The position numbers and the translations under genes are program-made. Of a stretch of 32,000 nucleotides of DNA, positions 16,530-23,615 are shown piece by piece (position 1 is the stretch's first letter; the number at the start of each line of letters is the position of its first letter). The stretch is taken from positions 690,001 through 722,000 of the forward strand of contig CP011211.1 in NCBI GenBank assembly GCA_001029695.1, in the 5' to 3' direction. This DNA is from Candidatus Saccharimonadota bacterium. Lineage in GTDB: Bacteria; Patescibacteriota; Saccharimonadia; Saccharimonadales; Saccharimonadaceae. The notes below the pieces were generated by a model. The model was given only the letters and a program-made list of their open reading frames with translations, did not search any database and was not told where the DNA came from.

Positions 16530-17060
16530 CTAATTGACCTGGACCCACGGCCATGTTGCGTGCCAGCCAATAGTAGCGGTGTCGAGCCCTAGCACAGCAT
16601 ATGTTCCTGGTACACCCCAGGTCACCCCAATAGCTGTCGCAGTTGCGGTACCGTTAACAGCAACTCCTTCTTGAAGGTTCGTATTGGTTAAGATGAATCC
16701 TTTTCCAGTTTTTGATCGAACGCCAAGCGCATACAAATCATTAACTGTGTCTGTAATATAATATATGTTATTCAGTTTCGTATCATACGCCGACCTTGTA
16801 ATCTTGAAGCTCGGAAACTCGGCGAGTGAACGAGGATAGTGCCCTAGATCGACTTTTGTTAATTCCAATTTTTTTCTAGCATTGCTGAGGTCTGTTGAAA
16901 CGGTCGTGTCGTTTGCGCGGTTTTGCACGCCATTGAAAGCGACTATCGTAATCGCTGCAAGAATACCAATAACAACGATTACTATGAGAAGTTCTACGAT
17001 CGTAAATCCGCTCTTAGTCGTAAAAGTATTCGTGCTTGATTCTGTGCTTTTATTTAACAT
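16530..17060 (-). CDS. type IV pilin paralog (prepilin-type N-terminal cleavage/methylation domain)
   Basis: N-terminus ...TTKSG|FTIVELLIVIVVIGILAAITIVAFNGVQNRAND. The C-terminal domain is unrelated to its neighbour and has no Cys. Confidence 0.85.
   Translation of the reverse strand: MLNKSTESSTNTFTTKSGFTIVELLIVIVVIGILAAITIVAFNGVQNRANDTTVSTDLSNARKKLELTKVDLGHYPRSLAEFPSFKITRSAYDTKLNNIYYITDTVNDLYALGVRSKTGKGFILTNTNLQEGVAVNGTATATAIGVTWGVPGTYAVLGLDTATIGWHATWPWVQVN
16924..17006. repeat. 83-nt perfect direct repeat, copy 2
   Basis: Identical to 16302..16384 by direct comparison. The flanks diverge immediately on both sides. Confidence 0.95.
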
Positions 17061-17180
17061 ATAGCTTAGTATTATTTATAGAGCATAAGCGGTACGTAGT
17101 CAACGCTTCGTAGCTGATCGTATCTAAAACTTCGTAGCCGAAATAATTAAGTGTATATTGGAATTGAGAGTTATATATTT

Positions 17181-17245
17181 AAAATAAAAATACCCGCCTC
17201 ATCAAGTTTCTCGGACCTCCGAGCAATCTCAAAGAGGTGGGTATT
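17181..17245 (-). terminator. large intrinsic terminator (nested hairpin) for the micro-ORF unit
   Basis: Outer 12-bp stem AATACCCGCCTC / GAGGTGGGTATT (one G-U pair) encloses the inner hairpin CTCGG-acct-CCGAG. On the minus strand it is followed by TTTTTATTTT. Confidence 0.65.
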
Positions 17246-17263
17246 CTTGGTTCTGACGGGTGG

Positions 17264-17353
17264 TTAGGTGGAGTACCTTTGGTAGACTCTCACTACTTGA
17301 TTGACTATACAGCCTATCAAGAAGCTCAGTACCAGCGCGGTCCAGCGAGTCAT
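17264..17353 (-). CDS. candidate 29-aa single-TM micro-protein (ORF-B)
   Basis: MTRWTALVLSFLIGCIVNQVVRVYQRYST. AAGGTGG lies 7 nt upstream of the ATG and the terminator starts 18 nt after the stop. I prefer this to the 62-aa track ORF 17264..17452, whose start has no RBS. Confidence 0.4.
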   Translation of the reverse strand: MTRWTALVLSFLIGCIVNQVVRVYQRYST

Positions 17354-17357
17354 CTTC

Positions 17358-17465
17358 TTACCACCTTTTCTCGTGGATGGGAAACAGTGCGCAGAAGAGT
17401 CCGACGGCCATGACGCTGAGAACATGCTGTCTGTTTCTTTGCAGTGCAGCAAAAAATGTACTCAT
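17358..17465 (-). CDS. candidate 35-aa single-TM micro-protein (ORF-A)
   Basis: Not in the track because it is under 60 aa. AAGGAG lies 5 nt upstream of the ATG. The product is MSTFFAALQRNRQHVLSVMAVGLFCALFPIHEKRW. Its stop TAA lies inside the RBS region of ORF-B, with a 4-nt gap between the two ORFs. Confidence 0.4.
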   Translation of the reverse strand: MSTFFAALQRNRQHVLSVMAVGLFCALFPIHEKRW

Positions 17466-17501
17466 ACATTCTCCTTGATTGGCGGATAGAATCTAATACT
17501 T

Positions 17502-17529
17502 ACTATAACACATTCATAAAAATCAGCAA
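17502..17529 (-). promoter_or_regulatory. putative sigma-70-type promoter for the micro-ORF unit
   Basis: The minus strand reads TTGCTG, a 16-nt spacer including TG, then TATAGT (TGtTATAGT extended -10). It sits about 30 nt upstream of the ORF-A SD. Confidence 0.45.
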
Positions 17530-17553
17530 AAATATTCTCAATGACAATGCTCA

Positions 17554-17562
17554 TGCTATACT
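17554..17562 (+). promoter_or_regulatory. extended -10 (TGcTATACT) 6 nt upstream of ATG 17569; leaderless-type promoter
   Basis: Read directly. There is no SD between the element and the start codon. Confidence 0.45.
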
Positions 17563-17568
17563 AAAAAC

Positions 17569-18399
17569 ATGCAACCAAACGACCAAAGAGGTTACTGGCA
17601 GCCAGAGCCGGTTCAGCCGCCTCAGTCTGTGACGCCACCTCCTTCTCCTTTGCAGGCGCAGCCTATGGCCGCTCCTGTTGCTCAGCAGCCGCAGCAGCAA
17701 CCTATCGCTCCTGCTCCAGCGCCGCTACCTGGTCCTCAGTACTCTACGCAACCAAGTCAGCCGCTTAGTCCTGTCATGACTACTGATATACCACGTCAAG
17801 CAGTCTCCTCTCCTGTGCAACAACCTATCGTACCCGCCCCGCAGGCTATCCCTCAGCAGCAGTATGATACTCAACAGCAGCCGGCTGAAGACGAAGAGTA
17901 TTATGAAGATGAGCTCGACGAAAACGAAGAGCCAGCAGCACTCATGGCTCCTGTTAATTGGGAGGCTCAAGAGTATATCCATCAAGAAAAAGGTACTGTT
18001 TGGTTTATTATCTTTGGTGTTGTTCTTGCGGTAATGATCGGCGTGGCCATTTGGCAGCAAGCGTGGACATTCGTACTGCTTCTTATTGTTATCGCAACGA
18101 CGATTATTGTCTTTGCAAAACGGCCACCGCGAGTCATTAGCTACTCACTGACGGACAAGGGTCTGTCAGTTGATGATACGCTTCATCCATTCAAGAATTT
18201 CAAGTCGTTTGGTGTGGTTCGTGACGGTGAAGAGTATTCAATTATGCTTATTCCGACTAAACGATTCCAGCCAGGTGTGACAGTGTACTTCCCTGAAGCT
18301 TCGGGTGAAGCAATTGTTGATATGCTCGGTGCGCGTTTGCCTATGCGAGAACTACACCTCGACGTTGTTGATCGATTCGTTCGTAAAATCCGTCTTTAG
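17569..18399 (+). CDS. hypothetical membrane protein: P/Q-rich N-terminal ~130 aa, two TM helices, ~95-aa C-terminal domain
   Basis: 276-aa ORF with a P/Q-rich low-complexity region (QPPQSVTPPPSPLQAQP...) and an acidic stretch. TM helices are WFIIFGVVLAVMIGVAIW and TFVLLLIVIATTIIVFA. No motif recognised. Confidence 0.65.
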   Translation: MQPNDQRGYWQPEPVQPPQSVTPPPSPLQAQPMAAPVAQQPQQQPIAPAPAPLPGPQYSTQPSQPLSPVMTTDIPRQAVSSPVQQPIVPAPQAIPQQQYDTQQQPAEDEEYYEDELDENEEPAALMAPVNWEAQEYIHQEKGTVWFIIFGVVLAVMIGVAIWQQAWTFVLLLIVIATTIIVFAKRPPRVISYSLTDKGLSVDDTLHPFKNFKSFGVVRDGEEYSIMLIPTKRFQPGVTVYFPEASGEAIVDMLGARLPMRELHLDVVDRFVRKIRL

Positions 18400-18528
18400 C
18401 CTTGCTCCTACCTCTCGAGATGTGTTACAATAACCGTTGTTCATGTCGCCAATTTTGACGATAGAAAGCACCTTCTAGTTACACAAACGCGAGGCTTTAT
18501 ATGAATTTCATATCTAGTCACGCATTTT

Positions 18529-18605
18529 GGACCCGTAGCTCAGCTGGATAGAGCGTCGGCTTGCGGAGCCGAAGGCCATATGTTCGAATCATATCGGGTT
18601 CACCA
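18529..18605 (+). tRNA. tRNA-Arg (anticodon GCG as read), CCA encoded
   Basis: Acceptor GGACCCG/CGGGTTC, D-arm GCTCAGCTGGATAGAGC, anticodon stem TCGGC/GCCGA with loop TTGCGGA, T-arm ATATG-TTCGAAT-CATAT, 3' ACCA. Confidence 0.85.
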
Positions 18606-18612
18606 AGAAAAG

Positions 18613-18640
18613 AAGATTAGTATTGTGCTAGTCTTTTTTT
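18613..18640 (+). terminator. intrinsic terminator after tRNA-Arg
   Basis: Stem AAGATTAG / CTAGTCTT (one G-U pair) with a 7-nt loop, then TTTTT. Confidence 0.5.
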
Positions 18641-18660
18641 CTTGGTGAAACTTTAGTGGA

Positions 18661-18669
18661 TGATATGAT
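18661..18669 (+). promoter_or_regulatory. extended -10 (TGaTATGAT) 6 nt upstream of ATG 18676; leaderless-type promoter
   Basis: Read directly. Confidence 0.4.
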
Positions 18670-18675
18670 TAAAGG

Positions 18676-19038
18676 ATGAGCAGTACGCAAAAACCAGAAG
18701 CAGTTTTTCGTCCCGACGACAATGAACACCTTGGGTTCGTGTTATCTGTTGGCGGTGCCTGGCAGGCGCAGACTATTTTTGGGTATGATTTCGCAACACT
18801 TGCTACCCGAGACGATGCGGTGCGGGAAGTAATGAAAAATGGTTTACAAATTCTCAAAAAAATCTGGCAATATTATGATTCGTCCGACGGTGAGTGGTAT
18901 CCGTGCCTCCTAAAAGAAGTACGGACGGATAAGGTGGTTGTTATTCGTGTAAATCAATTAGGCTATCAGGATTCTGAGATCTCAATTCTCTATTCGATTA
19001 CTCGTCCCGACGCTACATCGCTCGTCGCACCGATTTAG
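18676..19038 (+). CDS. hypothetical protein (120 aa, soluble)
   Basis: ORF only; no motif recognised. It is bounded by tRNA genes. Confidence 0.55.
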   Translation: MSSTQKPEAVFRPDDNEHLGFVLSVGGAWQAQTIFGYDFATLATRDDAVREVMKNGLQILKKIWQYYDSSDGEWYPCLLKEVRTDKVVVIRVNQLGYQDSEISILYSITRPDATSLVAPI

Positions 19039-19066
19039 GGGTGATATGATAAAATTATTGCAGCGT

Positions 19067-19156
19067 GGAGAGGTGTCCGAGTGGTTGAAGGTGCCGCTCT
19101 CGAAAAGCGGTGTAGGGTAAAACCTACCGAGAGTTCGAATCTCTTCCTCTCCGCCA
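19067..19156 (+). tRNA. tRNA-Ser (anticodon CGA), CCA encoded
   Basis: Acceptor GGAGAGG..CCTCTCC, anticodon stem CCGCT/AGCGG with loop CTCGAAA, long variable arm, T-arm GAGAG-TTCGAAT-CTCTT, 3' GCCA. Confidence 0.9.
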
Positions 19157-19157
19157 G

Positions 19158-19190
19158 AAAAAATAACGTCCCTAGGGACGTTATTTTTTT
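19158..19190. terminator. bidirectional intrinsic terminator (tRNA-Ser on + strand, 150-aa gene on - strand)
   Basis: Perfect palindrome AAAAAATAACGTCCC-ta-GGGACGTTATTTTTT. It overlaps the stop codon of 19189..19641. Confidence 0.75.
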
Positions 19191-19641
19191 AGAAGAGTCG
19201 TCGTAGCTGCTCGAATTCTTTATGTAATTCCCCTGGCTCCGACGTAAGTTCACCGATATACGTACGGCCGGCAGCTTGCGGTGAGACAACATCTTTTACG
19301 AGTCGATAAAAAATGATGAATTTTGGCGTACCAACATGTTCGGCAAGTCGAATAATATGGTCGATGATGGTTTTTGCTGCTTTTTTCTTCTCTTTGTTCA
19401 TCTCTGGTGCGAGTCGTCGCGCGAGTACCCAGATAATGAGCCACATAATAGCTAGAATAGTCATGATGAGGCTCGGTACAAATGCGAGTAGCCACCACCA
19501 GTTACTTACTGACGATGCTATCCACCCGATGAGAAGAAGGAGGATTCCATACACTGTAAGTCCTACCCAAAGCGCGAGCCAAAGGAGCTGTTTTGCATAT
19601 TCGGATGTGACTGCGCGAACGGCTAAAATAGATGAGTTCAT
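19189..19641 (-). CDS. hypothetical membrane protein (3 predicted TM helices, helical C-terminal domain)
   Basis: 150-aa ORF with hydrophobic helices LLWLALWVGLTVYGILLLLIGWIA and WWWLLAFVPSLIMTILAIMWLIIWVLA. No motif recognised. Confidence 0.6.
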   Translation of the reverse strand: MNSSILAVRAVTSEYAKQLLWLALWVGLTVYGILLLLIGWIASSVSNWWWLLAFVPSLIMTILAIMWLIIWVLARRLAPEMNKEKKKAAKTIIDHIIRLAEHVGTPKFIIFYRLVKDVVSPQAAGRTYIGELTSEPGELHKEFEQLRRLF

Positions 19642-19647
19642 ATCTCT

Positions 19648-19655
19648 AGTATACT
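19648..19655. promoter_or_regulatory. palindrome AGTATACT supplying a TATACT -10 hexamer on both strands for two divergent, apparently leaderless genes
   Basis: The intergenic region is only 21 bp. On the plus strand TATACT (19650-19655) lies 7 nt before ATG 19663. On the minus strand TATACT (19653-19648) lies 6 nt before ATG 19641. Confidence 0.45.
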
Positions 19656-19662
19656 AAAGAGT

Positions 19663-20055
19663 ATGCAAGACTCTATTTTTACGAAGATTATCAAAGGTGA
19701 AATTCCGTGTCACAAGATCTATGAGGATGATAACGTCATTGCATTTCTTGACGTCCATCCTCAGGCAGAGGGGCATACTCTCGTCGTTCCGAAGAGGCAA
19801 GTTGATCATCTCTGGGATCTTGATCAGGTTGAATACGAGGTGCTGTGGCGCGCCGTTAAGAAGATAGGCGCACATCTCAAGGATGAGATTGGTTCGCCAC
19901 GTGTTGGGGTGGTTGTCGAAGGTTTTGGCGTACCGCATGTACATGTTCACCTTATCCCTATTTACCATGGAGAGGATTTGAAGAAGGCTCAGGATCTGGA
20001 AAGTGAACCAGATCACGTGGCGCTTGCTCAACTCGCCAAAAGGCTTGCTCTGTAG
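19663..20055 (+). CDS. HIT-family (histidine triad) nucleotide hydrolase
   Basis: IFTKIIKGEIPCHKIYEDDNVIAFLDVHPQAEGHTLVVPK plus the histidine-triad motif HVHVHLIP. Confidence 0.9.
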   Translation: MQDSIFTKIIKGEIPCHKIYEDDNVIAFLDVHPQAEGHTLVVPKRQVDHLWDLDQVEYEVLWRAVKKIGAHLKDEIGSPRVGVVVEGFGVPHVHVHLIPIYHGEDLKKAQDLESEPDHVALAQLAKRLAL

Positions 20056-20514
20056 ATGCCAATTCGTATTCTCGCCGTAGGTAAGAAGCATGAATCATGG
20101 GTATCTGAAGGAATTGATCGCTATGAGAAGCGTCTCAAGCAGCCTTTTTCTGTAGAGTGGGTACTTTTACCACATAGTATGCACGATGGCCTTCAGGCTC
20201 GTCATGAAGAGTCTGAACGCCTACTTAAGCGGGTGGGTGATGATGAGTTCGTTATCCTTCTTGACGAACGTGGTAAAAACATTGACTCCCCTGCCCTATC
20301 GCATCTTTTGTTGGCGCCACTTGAGACCTCACGCACAGTGACAATTATCATTGGCGGAGCATACGGTGTCGACGGGAGAGTGCACGCACGAGCAGACTTT
20401 ATTTGGTCCTTGTCTCTCCTTGTACTACCCCATCAGCTCGTTCGCCTGGTGCTTGTCGAGCAAATCTATCGAGCTCAAGAGATCGCGAGGGGTGGCCTGT
20501 ATCACCACGAGTAG
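20056..20514 (+). CDS. rlmH: 23S rRNA (pseudouridine1915-N3)-methyltransferase RlmH (SPOUT)
   Basis: The size (152 aa) and the pattern are typical of RlmH: MPIRILAVGKK...YEKRL...ILLDERGK...IIIGGAYGV...SLSLLVLPHQLVRLVLVEQIYRA. The ATG directly abuts the HIT stop (TAGATG). Confidence 0.85.
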   Translation: MPIRILAVGKKHESWVSEGIDRYEKRLKQPFSVEWVLLPHSMHDGLQARHEESERLLKRVGDDEFVILLDERGKNIDSPALSHLLLAPLETSRTVTIIIGGAYGVDGRVHARADFIWSLSLLVLPHQLVRLVLVEQIYRAQEIARGGLYHHE

Positions 20515-20538
20515 AGAGTTTCTTTAAAAGACATATAG

Positions 20539-20567
20539 TTGACATATAATAAAACTTATGCTATATT
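20539..20567 (+). promoter_or_regulatory. near-consensus sigma-70 promoter
   Basis: TTGACA, a 17-nt spacer, then TATATT. It lies 26 nt upstream of ATG 20594. Confidence 0.55.
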
Positions 20568-20593
20568 GGTACATGTAAACCTAAAAAACAAAC

Positions 20594-20941
20594 ATGCACA
20601 ATATAACTCATCACATCATTAACTCTGCAGTTGTAAGTCTTAGTCTTGCGACCTCAGTCGGCGTCTTTATCCACGATACTAAAGTCGATCAGGCGGCCGC
20701 TACTCTGTTTGCAGTCCCTGTTATTGCGGCTGGATTCGAAAGTGTTCAGCGTCCGATGAAAATCGCTGGAGATCCTCATACGCACAGTGAGCGCGGGTCA
20801 TTAGCTCAGGCAATGCGCGGTATCGGTGGTGGAACACCACGTATCCAACCACGCGACGACAACAAGCTGTATCAACTTCAGAAAAAGGTAGCCAAGGGCG
20901 TACACGCCTTTGACGGCTACTATCTCCCTATCGACTTTTAA
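20594..20941 (+). CDS. hypothetical protein (115 aa; N-terminal hydrophobic segments)
   Basis: ORF downstream of a strong promoter. No SD and no motif recognised. It ends 1 nt from the convergent valS stop. Confidence 0.5.
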   Translation: MHNITHHIINSAVVSLSLATSVGVFIHDTKVDQAAATLFAVPVIAAGFESVQRPMKIAGDPHTHSERGSLAQAMRGIGGGTPRIQPRDDNKLYQLQKKVAKGVHAFDGYYLPIDF

Positions 20942-20942
20942 A

Positions 20943-23492
20943 CTAAGAGAGAACTTCAAGTTCGCGAGCAAGTCGCACGAGTAGATCTTGCTTCTCTACG
21001 AGCTGCTGGCGTGTTTCTTCGACGAGCCGCTCAGGGGCTTTATCGACATAGCTAGCATTACCAAGTCGTCCCTCTAGATTGCTGATGAATTGTTTTGTTT
21101 CAGCAATACGTACCTCGAGATTCGTTTGATGCTCGTAGAGTGTGTCGTCATCAACATCTAGCCATGCTTCGCGGTTGCTTGCGGCGAGCCGTAGTCCGCG
21201 AGCTTGATCAGCTTGTGTCACTTCTTCGAGTTTGGCAAGATGCTTGATAAGCTCTCTATTTTCTTCGATAAGACTATCCTCTTGGTAAAGGAGCGTGTAT
21301 TTCTTGTTGCCTGGAAGCTCGGAAGTGACGTATCGAGACTCATTGACGAGAAGCTGTAGTTGTTCGAACTGAGCAGCCGAGATATCGCTATATTCTATCG
21401 GCTGTGGCCAATGACTACTGATAAGCTGTTCTTCATGCCAGCCGAGTGTCTGCCAGATGGTTTCAGTGACGAATGGCGCAAAAGGATGGGCGAGTCGAAG
21501 GCTGGTATTGAGTACCCAGGCAAGCATGTCAGGGTTTTCTTGTTTTTTACTTGCCTCGATATACCAGTCCGCGACATCATCCCAGATTGCATGGTAGACG
21601 GTCTCGCTTGCCTCAGCGAAGCGATAGCTAGCGATCTGCTCTGCAGCAAGGTCAGCAGTAGAAATAAGACGCTGAATAATCCAGTTATCAGCGAGTGTTG
21701 CTGGAATTGGATCGGCTGGTGTGAATCCTTCACCTAGCTTGCCTTCGATAAAGCGTGCAATATTCCACAGTTTGTTGCAGAAGTTACGGCCAGCGATCAC
21801 CTTGCTCGTGCTAAAGGCTTGGTTTTGCGCTGCACTACGACTACCGATCAATCCTATACGGAGGGCGTCAGCACCGTATTCATTTACAACTTCGATAGGA
21901 TTTACGACATTACCCTTTGACTTACTCATCTTGAGGCCTTTTTCATCGAGAACCATACCGTGAAGATAGACGTCTTTAAAAGGCACCTGTCCTGTCATAT
22001 GGATGCCAAGCATGAGCATGCGAGAGACCCATGGATAGAGTATATCCGCCCCTGTTTCCATGACATTGATCGGGTAGAACCGCGCAAGTTCACCTTCGGA
22101 TAGATAATCTGTAGTGATGAATGGCCATTGCCCACTACTAAACCATGTATCGAATGTGTCATCTTCGCGTTTGTATGTTGTGCCATTTACATCGATTGTT
22201 TCTTGGTCGATGCGCGTATCAAATATCCAATCGTCAGGATCTGTCGTGCTTTGAAACGCTGGAATTGGAATTCCCCATGGGATTTGACGGCTGAGATTCC
22301 AGTCTTTGAGGTTATCGAGGTATTGGATGAGTGCTTGTTTGCGTGATGCAGGGATAAACGTTACGTCACCGTCAACGAGTGCCTGCTTTGCTTTGTCGGC
22401 AAGAGGTCGTACTTTCAGGAACCACTGATCTTTGATGAGTGGTTGGATCGGGAGTCCGCTCTTGTAGTCGTAGCCGACGCTATGCTCTATCGTATCCTCA
22501 CCACGACGAAGCTGTTCATGCTGAAGCGCTTCAAGTACGCGCTTTCGAGCCTCGTCTACCTCTAGCCCGAGGTATGCAGGTGGTGTGTTGATCATTTTTC
22601 CATCAAATCCGATCACTTGAATGCGAGGCAGGTCGTGTCGCTTCCCTACTTCAAAATCGTTTGGATCATGTGCTGGAGTGATTTTGACTGCGCCGGTACC
22701 AAATTGCGGGTCGACGTACTCATCGGCAATAATAGGAATCTCACGATCAGTCAGTGGCAATTGTACTTTACTCCCGATAAGGTGCTTATAGCGCTCATCG
22801 TCAGGATGGACGGCAATAGCAGTATCTCCTAGCATCGTCTCTGGCCGTGTCGTTGCGACAACAATCTCTTCGATCTGATCCATAACAGGGTAAGCGATTT
22901 TCCATAACGTCCCCTTCTCTGTCTTGTGATCTACTTCGATATCGGCGTAGCTTGTTTGATACTTCGTACTGTAGTTGACGATACGCTCACCTCTGTAAAT
23001 AAGTCCTTCGTCCCACAGTTTCTTGAATGTTCCGTAGACAGTTTCGGTGACTTTATCGTCTAGGGTAAATGTATTATGCTTCCAGCTCGCGCTTGCGCCA
23101 AGTGCTCGAAGTTGAGTTTCCATATTACCCTTCTGGCCTTGTACGAAATCCCACACTTGGTCGTATAGCTCTTCCCTACTAAACTCAAAACGACTCTTGC
23201 CTTGTGCAGCGAGAGTGCGTTCGTAGACAACCCATGTTTCAAAACCTGCATGATCCGCACCAGGGATATATGCAACTGACCTCCCTTGCATACGGTAGTA
23301 GCGACTTAGGATATCTTGCAGGTCGACGGTAAGTGCATGCCCTATATGAAGATTGCCATTAGCATTTGGTGGCGGCATGACGATACTATAAGGCTCCCCG
23401 CTTGCACGTGGACTGAAGGCGTCGGCGGTTTCCCACATTTGGTAGATTGTTGATTCGTATTGATTTGGATCGTAAGTTTTTGCTAGTCGCAT
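20943..23492 (-). CDS. valS: valine--tRNA ligase
   Basis: 849 aa with class I aaRS motifs PPNANGNLHIGHAL (HIGH) and LKMSKSKGN (KMSKS). It has a ValRS-type editing and anticodon-binding layout and a C-terminal coiled coil. AGGAA SD lies 5 nt upstream. Confidence 0.95.
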   Translation of the reverse strand: MRLAKTYDPNQYESTIYQMWETADAFSPRASGEPYSIVMPPPNANGNLHIGHALTVDLQDILSRYYRMQGRSVAYIPGADHAGFETWVVYERTLAAQGKSRFEFSREELYDQVWDFVQGQKGNMETQLRALGASASWKHNTFTLDDKVTETVYGTFKKLWDEGLIYRGERIVNYSTKYQTSYADIEVDHKTEKGTLWKIAYPVMDQIEEIVVATTRPETMLGDTAIAVHPDDERYKHLIGSKVQLPLTDREIPIIADEYVDPQFGTGAVKITPAHDPNDFEVGKRHDLPRIQVIGFDGKMINTPPAYLGLEVDEARKRVLEALQHEQLRRGEDTIEHSVGYDYKSGLPIQPLIKDQWFLKVRPLADKAKQALVDGDVTFIPASRKQALIQYLDNLKDWNLSRQIPWGIPIPAFQSTTDPDDWIFDTRIDQETIDVNGTTYKREDDTFDTWFSSGQWPFITTDYLSEGELARFYPINVMETGADILYPWVSRMLMLGIHMTGQVPFKDVYLHGMVLDEKGLKMSKSKGNVVNPIEVVNEYGADALRIGLIGSRSAAQNQAFSTSKVIAGRNFCNKLWNIARFIEGKLGEGFTPADPIPATLADNWIIQRLISTADLAAEQIASYRFAEASETVYHAIWDDVADWYIEASKKQENPDMLAWVLNTSLRLAHPFAPFVTETIWQTLGWHEEQLISSHWPQPIEYSDISAAQFEQLQLLVNESRYVTSELPGNKKYTLLYQEDSLIEENRELIKHLAKLEEVTQADQARGLRLAASNREAWLDVDDDTLYEHQTNLEVRIAETKQFISNLEGRLGNASYVDKAPERLVEETRQQLVEKQDLLVRLARELEVLS

Positions 23493-23513
23493 GTATGTTC
23501 CTGTACGTAATTA

Positions 23514-23556
23514 TTCACGTGAAAAATGCAGCTCAACCCAACACTTCACGTGAAAA
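23514..23556 (-). promoter_or_regulatory. two copies of TTCACGTGAAAA (10-bp perfect palindrome TTCACGTGAA) in the valS 5' leader
   Basis: The palindrome cores are at 23514..23523 and 23545..23554, 31 bp centre to centre. ACGT-core half-sites also occur at 23503-23510 and 23557-23563. Confidence 0.4.
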
Positions 23557-23606
23557 TACGTGAGCGCTTTTACCCAGGTTTCACCACATGTTTGTTTTAT
23601 GTCTCT

Positions 23607-23615
23607 AGTATATCA
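23607..23615 (-). promoter_or_regulatory. extended -10 (TGaTATACT) for valS, overlapping the stop codon of the upstream femAB-like gene
   Basis: The minus strand reads TGATATACTAGAGA. It predicts a valS leader of about 105 nt. Confidence 0.4.

Noticed and set aside
17104-17142. Direct repeat CTTCGTAGC (x2, 26 nt apart) upstream of the second type IV pilin gene, as a possible regulator site.
   Set aside because: The match is only 9 nt, it occurs once as a pair, and no equivalent lies upstream of the first pilin gene. That is too weak to call.
17264-17452. 62-aa track ORF (MLHCKETDSMF...).
   Set aside because: Its start has no RBS or promoter logic, and its N-terminal half overlaps the SD-preceded 35-aa ORF-A in another frame. 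I kept only its C-terminal 29 codons (ORF-B), which have their own AAGGTGG.
19035-19292. 85-aa track ORF on the minus strand.
   Set aside because: It runs antisense straight through tRNA-Ser(CGA) and the palindromic terminator, and it overlaps the better-supported 19189..19641 gene in another frame.
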